Origin: an uncultured Chloroflexota bacterium
GTDB lineage: Bacteria; Chloroflexota; UBA11872; UBA12225
Assembly: GCA_902805635.1 (NCBI GenBank)
Contig: CADCTC010000312.1
Location: 1,774 to 65,773 of the forward strand
Direction: 5' to 3'
DNA: 64,000 nucleotides
Positions 46,423 through 56,141 of the stretch are shown piece by piece; the first letter of the stretch is position 1, and the number at the start of each line of letters is the position of its first letter. The notes under the pieces were generated by a model, which did not search any database, was not told where the DNA came from, and worked only from the letters and a program-made list of their open reading frames with translations. The position numbers and the translations under genes were made by a program.

Positions 46423-48513
46423 TTACCGTGGTCGCCGGTACTCCAGGGCCACAGCATCCAGCCCGGCGGTCATGCCGGTCGCCAAACGCTGCGCCATCCC
46501 AGAGACGCACGTGAGCTCGATCCGGTTGAGTCCTTCTCGCGCTGCGCCGTGCAGGGCAAACTGCCAGGGATCGGCGCGGGTGGGCGATATGGGGCGACCA
46601 TCCAGGGCCAGCGCCACCCAACAATGACGCGCGCGCGCCACGAGCCGTAGCTCCGCGCCGGCGGCAAGCGCGGGGATACGGACAGTCTGTGCATACGTCA
46701 CTGTCCCCGCGAACCGGGGGAAACCGGCATCCCGCCAGTTTCCTAGCGACACGAACGAGCCGGGCCTGACCATCCGCCACCGCTCAGTCGCTGCGCGCCG
46801 GCCGGTGCTGGCGCCGGCCGGTCGCAGCGCGAACGCACCAATCAGCGCGAGCGGGCCCGCGGTAGCCCCGCTCTCCAGCAGCACCCGGTCACCGGGGCCC
46901 AACCTTGCGACCGCCCGCACCGTGTTTGCGCCGTAGCGCAGCGCGTCCGCTCGCAATGGCGTCACGCGGTGGCAGTCGTCCGCGAACTCCAACTCTTGGG
47001 ACGCGGGTACGCGGTCAGCAGCTAGGGGCAACGGCGACCCGTTCAGCGTCACCGCTTCGACCACTCCGGCTTCGTACACGAGCGCCAGGTTCTCCGCCGT
47101 GTAGTCCACGTCGAACGCGCAGCGCACCTCGAACCGCGTTGTTCCGTCACGACCCCGCGCGCCGTGTTTCCACTCCGCCCACTCCCCCAGTGACAGCCAG
47201 TTGCGGCTCGCGGCCCGCCACTCCCATTCTGGGCCGAACACGTCCAGTGGTCGCCAGCCTGGTTCTGCTTCTCCCTCCGCGCGACCACCCGCGATCACAT
47301 GCGCGCCGGTGTCCGCCAGCGCCAGCGTCCGGAGCGGGTCCACAGCACGCTTGCGCTCGGCGCGCAGCGTCAGGGGCGCCTGCGGGAGCCGCGCCAGGTC
47401 CGTCACGTCCATCGACAACAGGTGCATACCGCGCGCCGAACACCAGCGCGCCAGGGTCCCGCCAAACGTCTCGGTCAGTCGTTCTTGCGCCACTTCGCGC
47501 CAGCGGTCAAGTGGCGCGGAAGGCTGAGGCGGCGCCTCGTGGAGGGGCGACAGCGCATACGGCAGGTGCGTCTCCAATTGCCGTTCGAACAGCCGCTCGA
47601 ACAGCTCCGGCATATCGTGCAACCACGGCAGAACGTCCACATGCCAGCTGCCGGCGGCCGGCGGGGCGTACCGAGACAGTGGCTCGGGCGGGACCACCGC
47701 GATGCCGCGCACCGTACTGCCAACGTGGCGACCGGCGGCCTTCCACAGCGGCTCCAGGGCATGGGTGGCGTACGCCTCGACCGCCGTCGAACTAAGTGCG
47801 TCGAGCGTCCCGGTCGAGCCGGAACTCCATGCACATCCAATCGCAGCGGGCAGCAGTGGATGCGTGCGCACCAGGGTCGCGATCGCGATGAACCACTCGC
47901 CCGGTGGTAGACGCAGCGCCACGTCCCAGACTCGCGTCTCCCACGTCGCGCGATAGCCGCCGTACGTCGCGACGTGGCGCTCGTGGTGCGGCCGCCCACC
48001 GCCTTCCAACTGCGGCGTCAGGTCACGCCGCGCTCCGGCATCGTCCAGCGCCTGGGCCATCACCAGGCGCTCGCCCTCCCCGCGCCAGGTCACCGTCAGC
48101 GGGTGTTCGCTCGATACCCAGCGCGACCAACACGCCAGCGCGCGCTGCGCCAGGTCGGGTCGCTCGACCAGGAGCCGTCCACCGGCCGAGCCGCTAGGCC
48201 AGTGGATATCGCCTGCCAGCCACAACGACACGCCCTCCTCCTCCGCCGCGTCGCACGCCGCCGTGACTGCCTCGAGGTGCGCCGCCTGGAACAGGGGCGT
48301 CTCCAACCCGGCCCAGGGCCACACCGCGAGCGTTTTCAGGCCACCCGCACGCGCTGCGTTCAGCTGGCGCCGCAGCAGCTCGGCCGTGGGCGTGCCATTC
48401 CACAGCCACAGCGCGTCCGGATAGCCAGCCTCGCGCGCCATGCTCAGGGCGGAGAGGGTACCTGGGCCGATTGTCGCGTTCGATTCCGTCCTGGACGGCA
48501 GCACGGCTACCAT
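46423..48513 (-). CDS. large hypothetical protein (696 aa), possibly a glycoside-hydrolase-like enzyme with a C-terminal sugar-binding jelly-roll
   Basis: Long, Trp-rich ORF with enzyme-like composition. The C-terminus (FAGTVTYAQTVRIPALAAGAELRLV...LDGRPIS) resembles GH2-type sugar-binding domains. No catalytic motif was recognised with confidence, and the start codon is uncertain. Confidence 0.5.
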   Translation of the reverse strand: MVAVLPSRTESNATIGPGTLSALSMAREAGYPDALWLWNGTPTAELLRRQLNAARAGGLKTLAVWPWAGLETPLFQAAHLEAVTAACDAAEEEGVSLWLAGDIHWPSGSAGGRLLVERPDLAQRALACWSRWVSSEHPLTVTWRGEGERLVMAQALDDAGARRDLTPQLEGGGRPHHERHVATYGGYRATWETRVWDVALRLPPGEWFIAIATLVRTHPLLPAAIGCAWSSGSTGTLDALSSTAVEAYATHALEPLWKAAGRHVGSTVRGIAVVPPEPLSRYAPPAAGSWHVDVLPWLHDMPELFERLFERQLETHLPYALSPLHEAPPQPSAPLDRWREVAQERLTETFGGTLARWCSARGMHLLSMDVTDLARLPQAPLTLRAERKRAVDPLRTLALADTGAHVIAGGRAEGEAEPGWRPLDVFGPEWEWRAASRNWLSLGEWAEWKHGARGRDGTTRFEVRCAFDVDYTAENLALVYEAGVVEAVTLNGSPLPLAADRVPASQELEFADDCHRVTPLRADALRYGANTVRAVARLGPGDRVLLESGATAGPLALIGAFALRPAGASTGRRAATERWRMVRPGSFVSLGNWRDAGFPRFAGTVTYAQTVRIPALAAGAELRLVARARHCWVALALDGRPISPTRADPWQFALHGAAREGLNRIELTCVSGMAQRLATGMTAGLDAVALEYRRPR

Positions 48514-48518
48514 CCAGC

Positions 48519-49553
48519 ATGACGACTGAATCGCACGCGATCCGCGAGGCCGACGCCGGCGATTGGCTCGCCATCGCCGCGCTGCTCGGCCGGCCGAGCA
48601 GCGCGGCTCGCGAGCTCAGCCGCCACCTCCTGACCGAATACGACCCCGGCATCGCCCTCGTCGCCACCGCTCCTGGGGCGGCGGAGGCCCGTACAGTAGA
48701 CGGCTCCACCGCGCCGCAGGTGGCCGGCGCTGTGATAGCCGGCATACCACGTACACAGGCGCTCGGCACTCCCAGTGACGAGCGGCAAGCGCGGCTGGTG
48801 TGGATCAGCGTCGCGCCGCCGCAACGGCGCTGTGGGCTGGGGACACGGCTGCTCGGCGCCGCGCTCGACGAGTTACGCACTCGCGGCGCCACCCGTGTCA
48901 CGCTGACCGTCGATGGCAAAGAGATAGAGGCGCTTGCGCTGTTCCGCGCGACAGGGTTTGAGCTGGAAAGCCAGGACCTCGGCCTGGTACTGCCCCCGGA
49001 AGGCGTCGCGCGGCTCGCGGCCAAGAGTGCCCCACTCGCCGGCGCCGAGATCCGTCCGCTCGGGTTAGATGACGTGCCGCTGCTCATCGGCCTGCTCATC
49101 CAGCTAGGGCTCGAGCGCGCCGAAGCGCCGCACGACACGCTCGAGGCGCTGACTCCCGCGCAGGTGGAGCACTGGCTGCAAAACCCTGGCACCGTGGCTT
49201 TCGCTGCCTGGGAGCAGGACGATCCTCGTACCCCGCTCGGAATTGCCTGGGCATCGCGCCGTCGTGACGACACCGTGCTCCGCTTCGTAGCCGTCCACGA
49301 TGACCACCGCCGCCGCGGCATCGGCATCGCCCTGCTCGTCTCTCTGGCGCAGCACGTCGCGCTTCCGAATGTCAACTCAGCGCAGGGAGGAACCGGCAGC
49401 GCGGCGCCAGCCTTGCAGCGTCCGCTGCGTGCGCCCCTCAATGAACCCGGAGACGAGCAGGAGTTCTTCCGGGCACTCGGCTTTGAAGTCGAACGAATCA
49501 CCTACCGCATGGCGCGCGCGTTGCGCGGCAAGAGTGCCGGCCCGCAACCGTGA
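48519..49553 (+). CDS. tandem GNAT-family N-acetyltransferase
   Basis: Two acetyl-CoA-binding motifs (VAPPQRRCGLGTRLL and VHDDHRRRGIGIALL), 344 aa from ATG 48519. Confidence 0.7.
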   Translation: MTTESHAIREADAGDWLAIAALLGRPSSAARELSRHLLTEYDPGIALVATAPGAAEARTVDGSTAPQVAGAVIAGIPRTQALGTPSDERQARLVWISVAPPQRRCGLGTRLLGAALDELRTRGATRVTLTVDGKEIEALALFRATGFELESQDLGLVLPPEGVARLAAKSAPLAGAEIRPLGLDDVPLLIGLLIQLGLERAEAPHDTLEALTPAQVEHWLQNPGTVAFAAWEQDDPRTPLGIAWASRRRDDTVLRFVAVHDDHRRRGIGIALLVSLAQHVALPNVNSAQGGTGSAAPALQRPLRAPLNEPGDEQEFFRALGFEVERITYRMARALRGKSAGPQP

Positions 49554-52483
49554 GCGGGACCTCCCGTTTCTGGCAGGTGATGCCCTCAGCCACCCTCGCG
49601 ACGCCTCCCCAGGTCTCAGCGCCTGCCGCCACCGGGACACTCTATCTCATCGATGGGTTCGCCCAGATCTTCAGGGCCTACTACGCCATCCGCAACGGCA
49701 TGCGCAGCCCCGTCACCGGCGAGCCATCCCACGCGGTATTCGGCTTCGCGGCGATGCTGCTCAAACTCCTGCGCGAGTGCGGCCCGGCCTACGTCGCCGT
49801 CGCGCTGGATGCCCCAGGCAATACGTTCCGCGACGCCCTGTACGGCGAGTACAAGGGGACGCGCCGTGAGACACCCGACGACCTCAAGTCGCAGATACCG
49901 CGCGTGATCGAGCTGGTGGAGCGGTTCGGCATCACCGCCATTTCCAAGCCCGGCCTGGAGGCCGACGACGTCATCGCCACCGTCGTTCAGCGGGTCTTGG
50001 ACGATCCGGCCGCAGCGGGAGTCCACGTGCGCATTGTCTCCAAGGACAAAGACCTCGAACAGCTGCTCTGTGACCGCGTCGCGATGTTCGACGTGCACAC
50101 CGACACCACTATCGACGCCGGAGTCCTGCTGGCAAACAAGGGCGTCACTCCGTCGCAGGTGATCGATCTCCTCACGCTCACCGGCGATACCGTGGACAAC
50201 GTGCGCGGCGTGGATGGCATCGGGCCGAAGACCGCTGCGCAGTTGATCCAGCAGTTCGGCTCGCTCGACGGCATCCTGGCAAACCTTGACAAGCTGAGCA
50301 CCAAGCGTCGCGAGAGCTTCGAGAAAGCACGCGCCCACATCGATCTGTCTCGCACGCTGGTCACCCTCAAGCGCGACGGCGACTTCCCCTTCGCGCTCGA
50401 ATCACTGCGTGTGCGCCGGCCTGACCCGGCTCGCCTGGTCCCGTTCTTCCAGGAGCTCGGCTTCAACCGCTTCCAGGATGACGTGAAGAAACTGGCGGAA
50501 GATACCGCCGCTCCGATGCTGCCTGGGTTCGCCGGAGCACAGCCGTCGGGCATGGCGGCGTGGCCGGTCAGCTCCCCACCCAGTGGTGATGCCGTAGGCG
50601 CCTCCCCGCTCCAAACCTTCCCCGGAAGTGGGACCGCGGGTGAAGTTCAGCCCGATACCGCCGCGAGCGGCCGCTACCGGGCCGTGACCACGCTTGCGGA
50701 CCTGGGCGAGCTCGTCGCCACCCTCCGCCGGCAGCCCATTTTCGCCTTCGACACCGAAACGACCGGACTCGGCAGCGATTCCAAGCTGTGCGGCCTCAGC
50801 TTCTCCTGGGAGCCGCGCCAGGGCGAGTACGTGCCCGTGCGCTCCCCCGCGCCGGAGACACACCTGGACGAAACCACGGTGCTTTCAGTGCTGCGCCCAC
50901 TACTCGAAGACGAGTCGGCGCCGAAGTGCGGCCACAACCTCAAGTTCGACGCACGGGTCCTGGCGCGCAGTGGAGTCCGCTTGCGTGGCGTCGCCTTTGA
51001 CTCCATGCTCGCCAGTCAGATGCTCGACCCCGCGCAGCCGGCGCACAAGCTGGACCACCTGGCGATCATTCATCTCAACTACCTGATGGTCCCGATCGCC
51101 AACTTGATCGGCACGCCGCCCGACGAGCGGTCCATGGCCGATGTCCCGCTTGACCAGGTAGTTGAGTACGCTGCCGAGGACGCCGACGTGGCGCTGCGCC
51201 TCTTCCACCACTTCACACCACTGGCCGAGTCGCAGGGCATGACACGGCTGATCGCGCAAGTAGAGGCGCCGCTCACCGCCGTGCTGGCGGAGATGGAAAA
51301 CGCCGGCATCATTTGCGACCCCGACGAACTCGGCCGCCAGGGCGCCCTGCTCGGCGCGCGGGTCGCCGAGCTCAAGCGCGAGATCTGGAGCGTGGCGGGC
51401 AGCGAGTTCAACGTCGACTCGCCCAAGCAGCTCGCCGTGGTGCTCTTCGAGACGCTCAAGCTGCCGCCCGGCAAGAAGACCAAGAGCGGCTATTCCACCG
51501 ACGCCGAAGAGCTGGATCGCCTCGCCGCCCAGGAAGACCGCGCTAACCCGCGCACCAGCGTCCCCCGCCTGCTGCTTGAGCACCGCCAGCTGGCCAAGCT
51601 GATCGGCACGTATCTGGGCGCGCTGCGCAGCGCCGTCGATCCCGGCACGCAGCGCATTCACACCACCTTCCACCAGCTGGTTACCGCCACGGGCCGCCTC
51701 GCATCGCAGGGGCCCAACCTCCAAAACATCCCTGTGCGGTCGGACATCGGTCGCCAGGTGCGCAAGGCGTTCGTCGCCCCTTCGGGATCGCTGCTCATCT
51801 GTGCGGACTATTCGCAGGTCGAGCTGCGCCTGCTGGCGCACCTGAGCGAAGACGCCGCGCTCGTAGAGGCCTTCCGAGTGGAACAGGACATCCACGCCGC
51901 CGTCGCGGCCCAGGTGTTCGGCGTCGATCCCGCCGACGTGACGCGCGAGCAGCGTAACCACGCCAAGACGATCAACTTCGGGATCATCTATGGGGTTACC
52001 GCCTTTGGCCTGGCGCGGCGTATCGACGGCCTGGACGTGGCCGCCGCCGCCCGCCTGATCGCCGACTACAAGCAGCGCTTCCCCGGCATCGATCGCTTCC
52101 TGCAAGAGTGCATTGGCCGCGCCCTCGACGACGGCTACGTCACGACCATCTTGGGCCGGCGCCGCGCGATCCCGGAGATCACCAGCACCAACACCCACCA
52201 GCGCAACTTGGGCGAGCGTCTCGCCATCAACTCTGTCGTCCAGGGCAGCGCTGCCGACCTCATCAAAGTTGCCATGGTCAACGTCCAGCGCCGCATCGAC
52301 AAGGACCGCCTCCCGCTCAGGATGCTGCTCCAGATCCACGACGAGCTGGTCTTCGAAGCGCCAGCCGCCGAAGCCGAGCCGCTCGCGGCCATCGTCCGCG
52401 ACGAGATGGAGCGGGCTCTCGACCTCCGCGTCCCGCTCCGCGCCGACGCCGGCATCGGCCCCGACTGGATGACCGCGAAGTAA
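49550..52483 (+). CDS. polA: DNA polymerase I with 5' nuclease, 3'-5' exonuclease and polymerase domains
   Basis: LYLIDGFAQIFRAYYA (5' nuclease). FAFDTETTGL, GHNLKFD and YAAEDADV (Exo I-III). RIHTTFHQLVTATGRLAS, DYSQVELRLLAH, QIHDELVFE. GTGA overlap with the GNAT gene; an alternative ATG is at 49580. Confidence 0.9.
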   Translation: MSGTSRFWQVMPSATLATPPQVSAPAATGTLYLIDGFAQIFRAYYAIRNGMRSPVTGEPSHAVFGFAAMLLKLLRECGPAYVAVALDAPGNTFRDALYGEYKGTRRETPDDLKSQIPRVIELVERFGITAISKPGLEADDVIATVVQRVLDDPAAAGVHVRIVSKDKDLEQLLCDRVAMFDVHTDTTIDAGVLLANKGVTPSQVIDLLTLTGDTVDNVRGVDGIGPKTAAQLIQQFGSLDGILANLDKLSTKRRESFEKARAHIDLSRTLVTLKRDGDFPFALESLRVRRPDPARLVPFFQELGFNRFQDDVKKLAEDTAAPMLPGFAGAQPSGMAAWPVSSPPSGDAVGASPLQTFPGSGTAGEVQPDTAASGRYRAVTTLADLGELVATLRRQPIFAFDTETTGLGSDSKLCGLSFSWEPRQGEYVPVRSPAPETHLDETTVLSVLRPLLEDESAPKCGHNLKFDARVLARSGVRLRGVAFDSMLASQMLDPAQPAHKLDHLAIIHLNYLMVPIANLIGTPPDERSMADVPLDQVVEYAAEDADVALRLFHHFTPLAESQGMTRLIAQVEAPLTAVLAEMENAGIICDPDELGRQGALLGARVAELKREIWSVAGSEFNVDSPKQLAVVLFETLKLPPGKKTKSGYSTDAEELDRLAAQEDRANPRTSVPRLLLEHRQLAKLIGTYLGALRSAVDPGTQRIHTTFHQLVTATGRLASQGPNLQNIPVRSDIGRQVRKAFVAPSGSLLICADYSQVELRLLAHLSEDAALVEAFRVEQDIHAAVAAQVFGVDPADVTREQRNHAKTINFGIIYGVTAFGLARRIDGLDVAAAARLIADYKQRFPGIDRFLQECIGRALDDGYVTTILGRRRAIPEITSTNTHQRNLGERLAINSVVQGSAADLIKVAMVNVQRRIDKDRLPLRMLLQIHDELVFEAPAAEAEPLAAIVRDEMERALDLRVPLRADAGIGPDWMTAK

Positions 52484-52505
52484 CTCCCTCTCCCAGGGGG
52501 AAAGG

Positions 52506-53822
52506 CTACCCCGCCGCCTTCACAGCCCGGAACGCGGCGTCGCAGATTTCCAGCGTGCGGTCCACGTCCTCATCACTGTGCACGATGGACACGTAGAACT
52601 TTTCGTTCGGGTTGACCAGCAGGCCACGCTCGAGAAGCTCCACGCCCCAGCGCAGTCCCAGCGCCTTGTCGTGCGCCTGCAGGTCCATCCACGTGCGTGG
52701 CGCCTCGTTCTCCATGAAGCGCACGCCGAAGACCGCGTCCTCCCCCAGCGCCTGGGTCGGGAAGCCGTGCCGGCGGCCGGACTCTTCTATGCCCCGCCGC
52801 AAGCGCGCTCCGGTGCGCTGCAGGCGCTCGTACACGCCCGGCTGCGAGAGCACGTCGAGCGCGGCGTTTCCGGCAGCGGCGCTTATCGGGTTGCCGTTCA
52901 GCGTGCCACTGGCCCACGCCAGGTTGGTGCGCTCGGTGCGCCGCGCGTCCAGCGGCGCCAACACTTCCGCCCTGCCCGCTAGCGCCGCCATCGGAAACCC
53001 GCCCGCCATCGCCTTCCCATAGGTGGCCAGGTCCGGCACCACGCCGTAGCGCTCCTGCGCTCCGCCCCACGCGATGCGGAAGCCCGTCACGATCTCGTCG
53101 AACACCAGCACGATGCCATGCCGGCGCGTGACATCCCTCAGCGCCTCCAGGAAACCCGGCTCCGGTTTCAGCACGCGTTGCAGCGGCTCCACCAGCACCG
53201 CCGCCAGCTCGTGGGCGTGGCGCTCGATGAGTGACACCACCAGCTCGGTCTCGTTGAATGGCGCCACCAGTACGTCTTCGCCGATAGACGGCGGAATGCC
53301 CGTGCTGTCCGGCTGGGCGCGCGGGTAGTCGCTTGGCCGGGCAGGAACGGTCCCCCACAGCGCGTAGTCGTGCATGCCGTGCCAGCCGCCCTCCAGCTTC
53401 ATGACCTTCGGCCGGCCGGTGAGTGAGCGCGCCACGCGCAGCGAAAAGAACGTCGCTTCGGTGCCGGACCCGGTGAACTGCACCTGCTCAGCGCACGGCA
53501 CCGCCTCCACCAGCCGCTCGGCGAGCCGGAGCACATGCTCGTTCAGGAAGTAGAACGTCGTGCCCTTGGGGAGCTGGGCGCTCACCGCCTCGGTCACCGC
53601 CGGGTGGCCGTGACCGAGCAGAGCCGGCCCCGAACCCAGGTGGTAGTCGATGTACTCCTTGCCCGCTACCGACGTGACGTGGGACCCATGTCCCTCCCTG
53701 ATGACCAGGTTCACGTCGGGCGGCAGCGTGAACAGCCCCAGTCCGCCGCCCGCCAGGAACCGGTCCGCCTTCGCCAGAAGCTCGCCCTGCGTCGTCTGCT
53801 CCGTGCGCTCCGCGATGGCCAT
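52506..53822 (-). CDS. class-III (PLP) aminotransferase, glutamate-1-semialdehyde-aminomutase-like
   Basis: DYHLGSGPALLGHGHPAV, VLVFDEIVTGFRIAWGGAQ, TYGKAMAGGFP. ATG 53822 lies 8 nt after AGGAGA. Confidence 0.85.
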   Translation of the reverse strand: MAIAERTEQTTQGELLAKADRFLAGGGLGLFTLPPDVNLVIREGHGSHVTSVAGKEYIDYHLGSGPALLGHGHPAVTEAVSAQLPKGTTFYFLNEHVLRLAERLVEAVPCAEQVQFTGSGTEATFFSLRVARSLTGRPKVMKLEGGWHGMHDYALWGTVPARPSDYPRAQPDSTGIPPSIGEDVLVAPFNETELVVSLIERHAHELAAVLVEPLQRVLKPEPGFLEALRDVTRRHGIVLVFDEIVTGFRIAWGGAQERYGVVPDLATYGKAMAGGFPMAALAGRAEVLAPLDARRTERTNLAWASGTLNGNPISAAAGNAALDVLSQPGVYERLQRTGARLRRGIEESGRRHGFPTQALGEDAVFGVRFMENEAPRTWMDLQAHDKALGLRWGVELLERGLLVNPNEKFYVSIVHSDEDVDRTLEICDAAFRAVKAAG

Positions 53823-53912
53823 CCGCTTCGTCTCCTGTTCGCCGAGTAGCACCGCACCACTGCCCCCCCATCCGCGATGCGGAGAGGAGGCTAGGAGGGA
53901 GGTTTACGATAT

Positions 53913-54647
53913 TCAGCCCTTGCGTGTCTCGATCATCTCTAGCTCGTAGCCGTCCGGGTCTGCCAGCCACGACATGCGTGGCCCGTCCTCATCCACGTTG
54001 TAGCCCCGGCCGCGCATGTCCGGCACCCAGCTCTGCATCTGCTCCACGGGAAATGCCAGGTGCATCAGGTCTTCCGGAATGCGGGCCATTGGTTGAAGGA
54101 ACGGCATGTGCCGGATCGCGAGAGTTGGTGCTTCCGGCTCGAGCTCCAGCACCGCGATGTTAGTGCCGCGCGGTGTCGTCCAGCGCCGCTGCTCCTTGAA
54201 GCCAATGGCGTCGGTGTAGTACTTCACGCTTCTCTCGAGGTCGTTTGCCCGCAGGCCGATGGAGCTGAAGCGGACCTGACCCGGCTCGCCCTTCGCGATC
54301 TCCACCTCGTAGCCGTCGGGGTCCTCCAGGAAGAAGTACTCCGAGGTGCCGTCTCCCTCGGTCACGTTTGCGCCGTTGCGCTTGAAGCGGTCGTACGCCT
54401 CAGCCATGTCCGGGACGGTGAACTGCAGCATCACCGCTTCTTCGGGGATCTCGAAGTCGTGCCCCTTGTATGCGCGGTCCGACACTTCTATGTACGTTGC
54501 GGTGCTGGGATGCACCAGCCGTGCGGTGTGGGTGCCCAGCCCTGTGGTGCCGCGCCCCGCCTCCTCGAAGCCAAGGTTCTGGCAGTACCACTCGCTGGTG
54601 CGGTCACGGCCACGGCTGCGCAGGGACAGGTGCAGGAACTTGGTCAT
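53913..54647 (-). CDS. two-domain VOC (glyoxalase/bleomycin-resistance/dioxygenase) family protein
   Basis: Two repeats of the beta-alpha-beta-beta-beta module (FLEDPDGYEVEI and WLADPDGYELEMIE). ATG 54647 lies 7 nt after GGAGG. Confidence 0.8.
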   Translation of the reverse strand: MTKFLHLSLRSRGRDRTSEWYCQNLGFEEAGRGTTGLGTHTARLVHPSTATYIEVSDRAYKGHDFEIPEEAVMLQFTVPDMAEAYDRFKRNGANVTEGDGTSEYFFLEDPDGYEVEIAKGEPGQVRFSSIGLRANDLERSVKYYTDAIGFKEQRRWTTPRGTNIAVLELEPEAPTLAIRHMPFLQPMARIPEDLMHLAFPVEQMQSWVPDMRGRGYNVDEDGPRMSWLADPDGYELEMIETRKG

Positions 54648-54712
54648 TGCTTGCCTCCAGATGTGGACGACATGGTACCGGCACGGCGGGCCCGCAGCCG
54701 CTCGTATACTCA

Positions 54713-55627
54713 GTGACGAGAGATTGTGTGGAGGATCTCGCCGCGACAAGGCGCGAGAACGAGGAGCTGAAGCGCCAGCTGAAAGAGGCGCACGCCGCGC
54801 TGGAGGCGGCGCGGAGCCGGTTGGACGAGCGCGTCGACGAGCGCACCCAGGAGCTCACCCGGTCCAACCGAGACCTCGAGCAATTCGCGTACGTCGCGTC
54901 GCACGATCTACAGGAGCCGCTGCGCATGGTGGTGAGCTACCTCCAACTTCTGGAGCGCCGCTACGCCGGTAAGCTCGACTCCGACGCCGACGAGTTCATC
55001 GGCTACGCCGTGGACGGCGCCCGCCGCATGCAGCGCCTGATCAGTGACCTCCTGACCTACTCGCGCGTCGGCCGCGCGGGCGCCCAGCTGCGCCAGGTGG
55101 ACGTAAACGCTGTCGTAGACCGCGTGGTGGAAGCCCTGGGCGCTTCGATCTCCGATTCGGCCGCGACCGTCACGCGTGACGATCTCCCATCAATTTGGGC
55201 CGATGAAGGGCAGCTGGGCCAACTCTTCCAGAATCTCATAGGCAACGGCCTCAAGTTCCGTGGGGAGTCTGCGCCCCGCATTCACGTGGCTGCCCAGCCG
55301 CGAGAGCACGAGGTGGAATACACCGTGCGTGACAATGGCATCGGCATCGCGCCGGAGTACCAGGAGCGCATCTTCGTCATCTTTCAGCGCCTTCACGGCC
55401 GCAGCGACTACGCGGGAACCGGAATCGGGCTCGCTCTGTGCAAGAAGATCGCCGAATGGCACGGTGGTTGCATCTCAGTCGAGTCCGTCGAAGGCAGCGG
55501 GTCTACTTTTCACGTCGTGCTGCCGCGCACCGCACGCGTACCGTCTGCTGAAGCCGGGGGCGGAGAGGGAAGCACCCTGCAGAACGCAACAGTGGCACGT
55601 GCCGCAATGCCAGGACAGCCGCAATGA
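54713..55627 (+). CDS. soluble histidine kinase with no recognisable sensor domain (coiled coil + HisKA + HATPase_c)
   Basis: H-box [17 protein letters not shown]-box [10 protein letters not shown]1 DNGIGI, G2 [12 protein letters not shown]. The start was taken at GTG 54713 (alternative 54728). The frame stays open upstream to 54470, antisense to the VOC gene. Confidence 0.75.
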   Translation: MTRDCVEDLAATRRENEELKRQLKEAHAALEAARSRLDERVDERTQELTRSNRDLEQFAYVASHDLQEPLRMVVSYLQLLERRYAGKLDSDADEFIGYAVDGARRMQRLISDLLTYSRVGRAGAQLRQVDVNAVVDRVVEALGASISDSAATVTRDDLPSIWADEGQLGQLFQNLIGNGLKFRGESAPRIHVAAQPREHEVEYTVRDNGIGIAPEYQERIFVIFQRLHGRSDYAGTGIGLALCKKIAEWHGGCISVESVEGSGSTFHVVLPRTARVPSAEAGGGEGSTLQNATVARAAMPGQPQ

Positions 55628-56130
55628 CAGACACTACTGCCGGGGCAGCTCGGCCCAGGACGGAGTCCGGCGTGAACGAGGTAGTGAGCGTGCTCCACGA
55701 GGCACGCCCGATCGAGATCCTGCTGGTAGAAGACAGCAAGGCTGATGTCCGCCTGACAATCGAAGCGCTGCGCGACGCGAAGGTGCGGAATAACCTGCAC
55801 GTCGCGCGCGACGGGGTGGAAGCGCTCGCCTTCCTGCGCCGTGAGGGCGCGTACGCTGGTTCTGTGCGACCAGACCTGGTCTTGCTTGACCTGAACCTAC
55901 CCCGCAAGGGCGGCCGCGAAGTGCTTGAGGAGATCAAGCAAGACCAGGCGCTGCGCCGTATCCCCGTCGTGATCCTTACCACGTCTGAAGCGGAGGAAGA
56001 CATCGCGCGGTCCTACGACCTGCACGCCAACTGCTACATCAGCAAGCCCGTAGACCTGGATCAGTTCATTACCGTGGTGCGATCAATCGAGGACTTCTGG
56101 CTCACTATCGTCAAGCTTCCCGCGAGCTAA
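55624..56130 (+). CDS. single-domain response regulator (receiver only)
   Basis: [47 protein letters not shown] overlap with the kinase. Confidence 0.85.
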   Translation: MTDTTAGAARPRTESGVNEVVSVLHEARPIEILLVEDSKADVRLTIEALRDAKVRNNLHVARDGVEALAFLRREGAYAGSVRPDLVLLDLNLPRKGGREVLEEIKQDQALRRIPVVILTTSEAEEDIARSYDLHANCYISKPVDLDQFITVVRSIEDFWLTIVKLPAS

Positions 56131-56141
56131 GGCCACACGTC

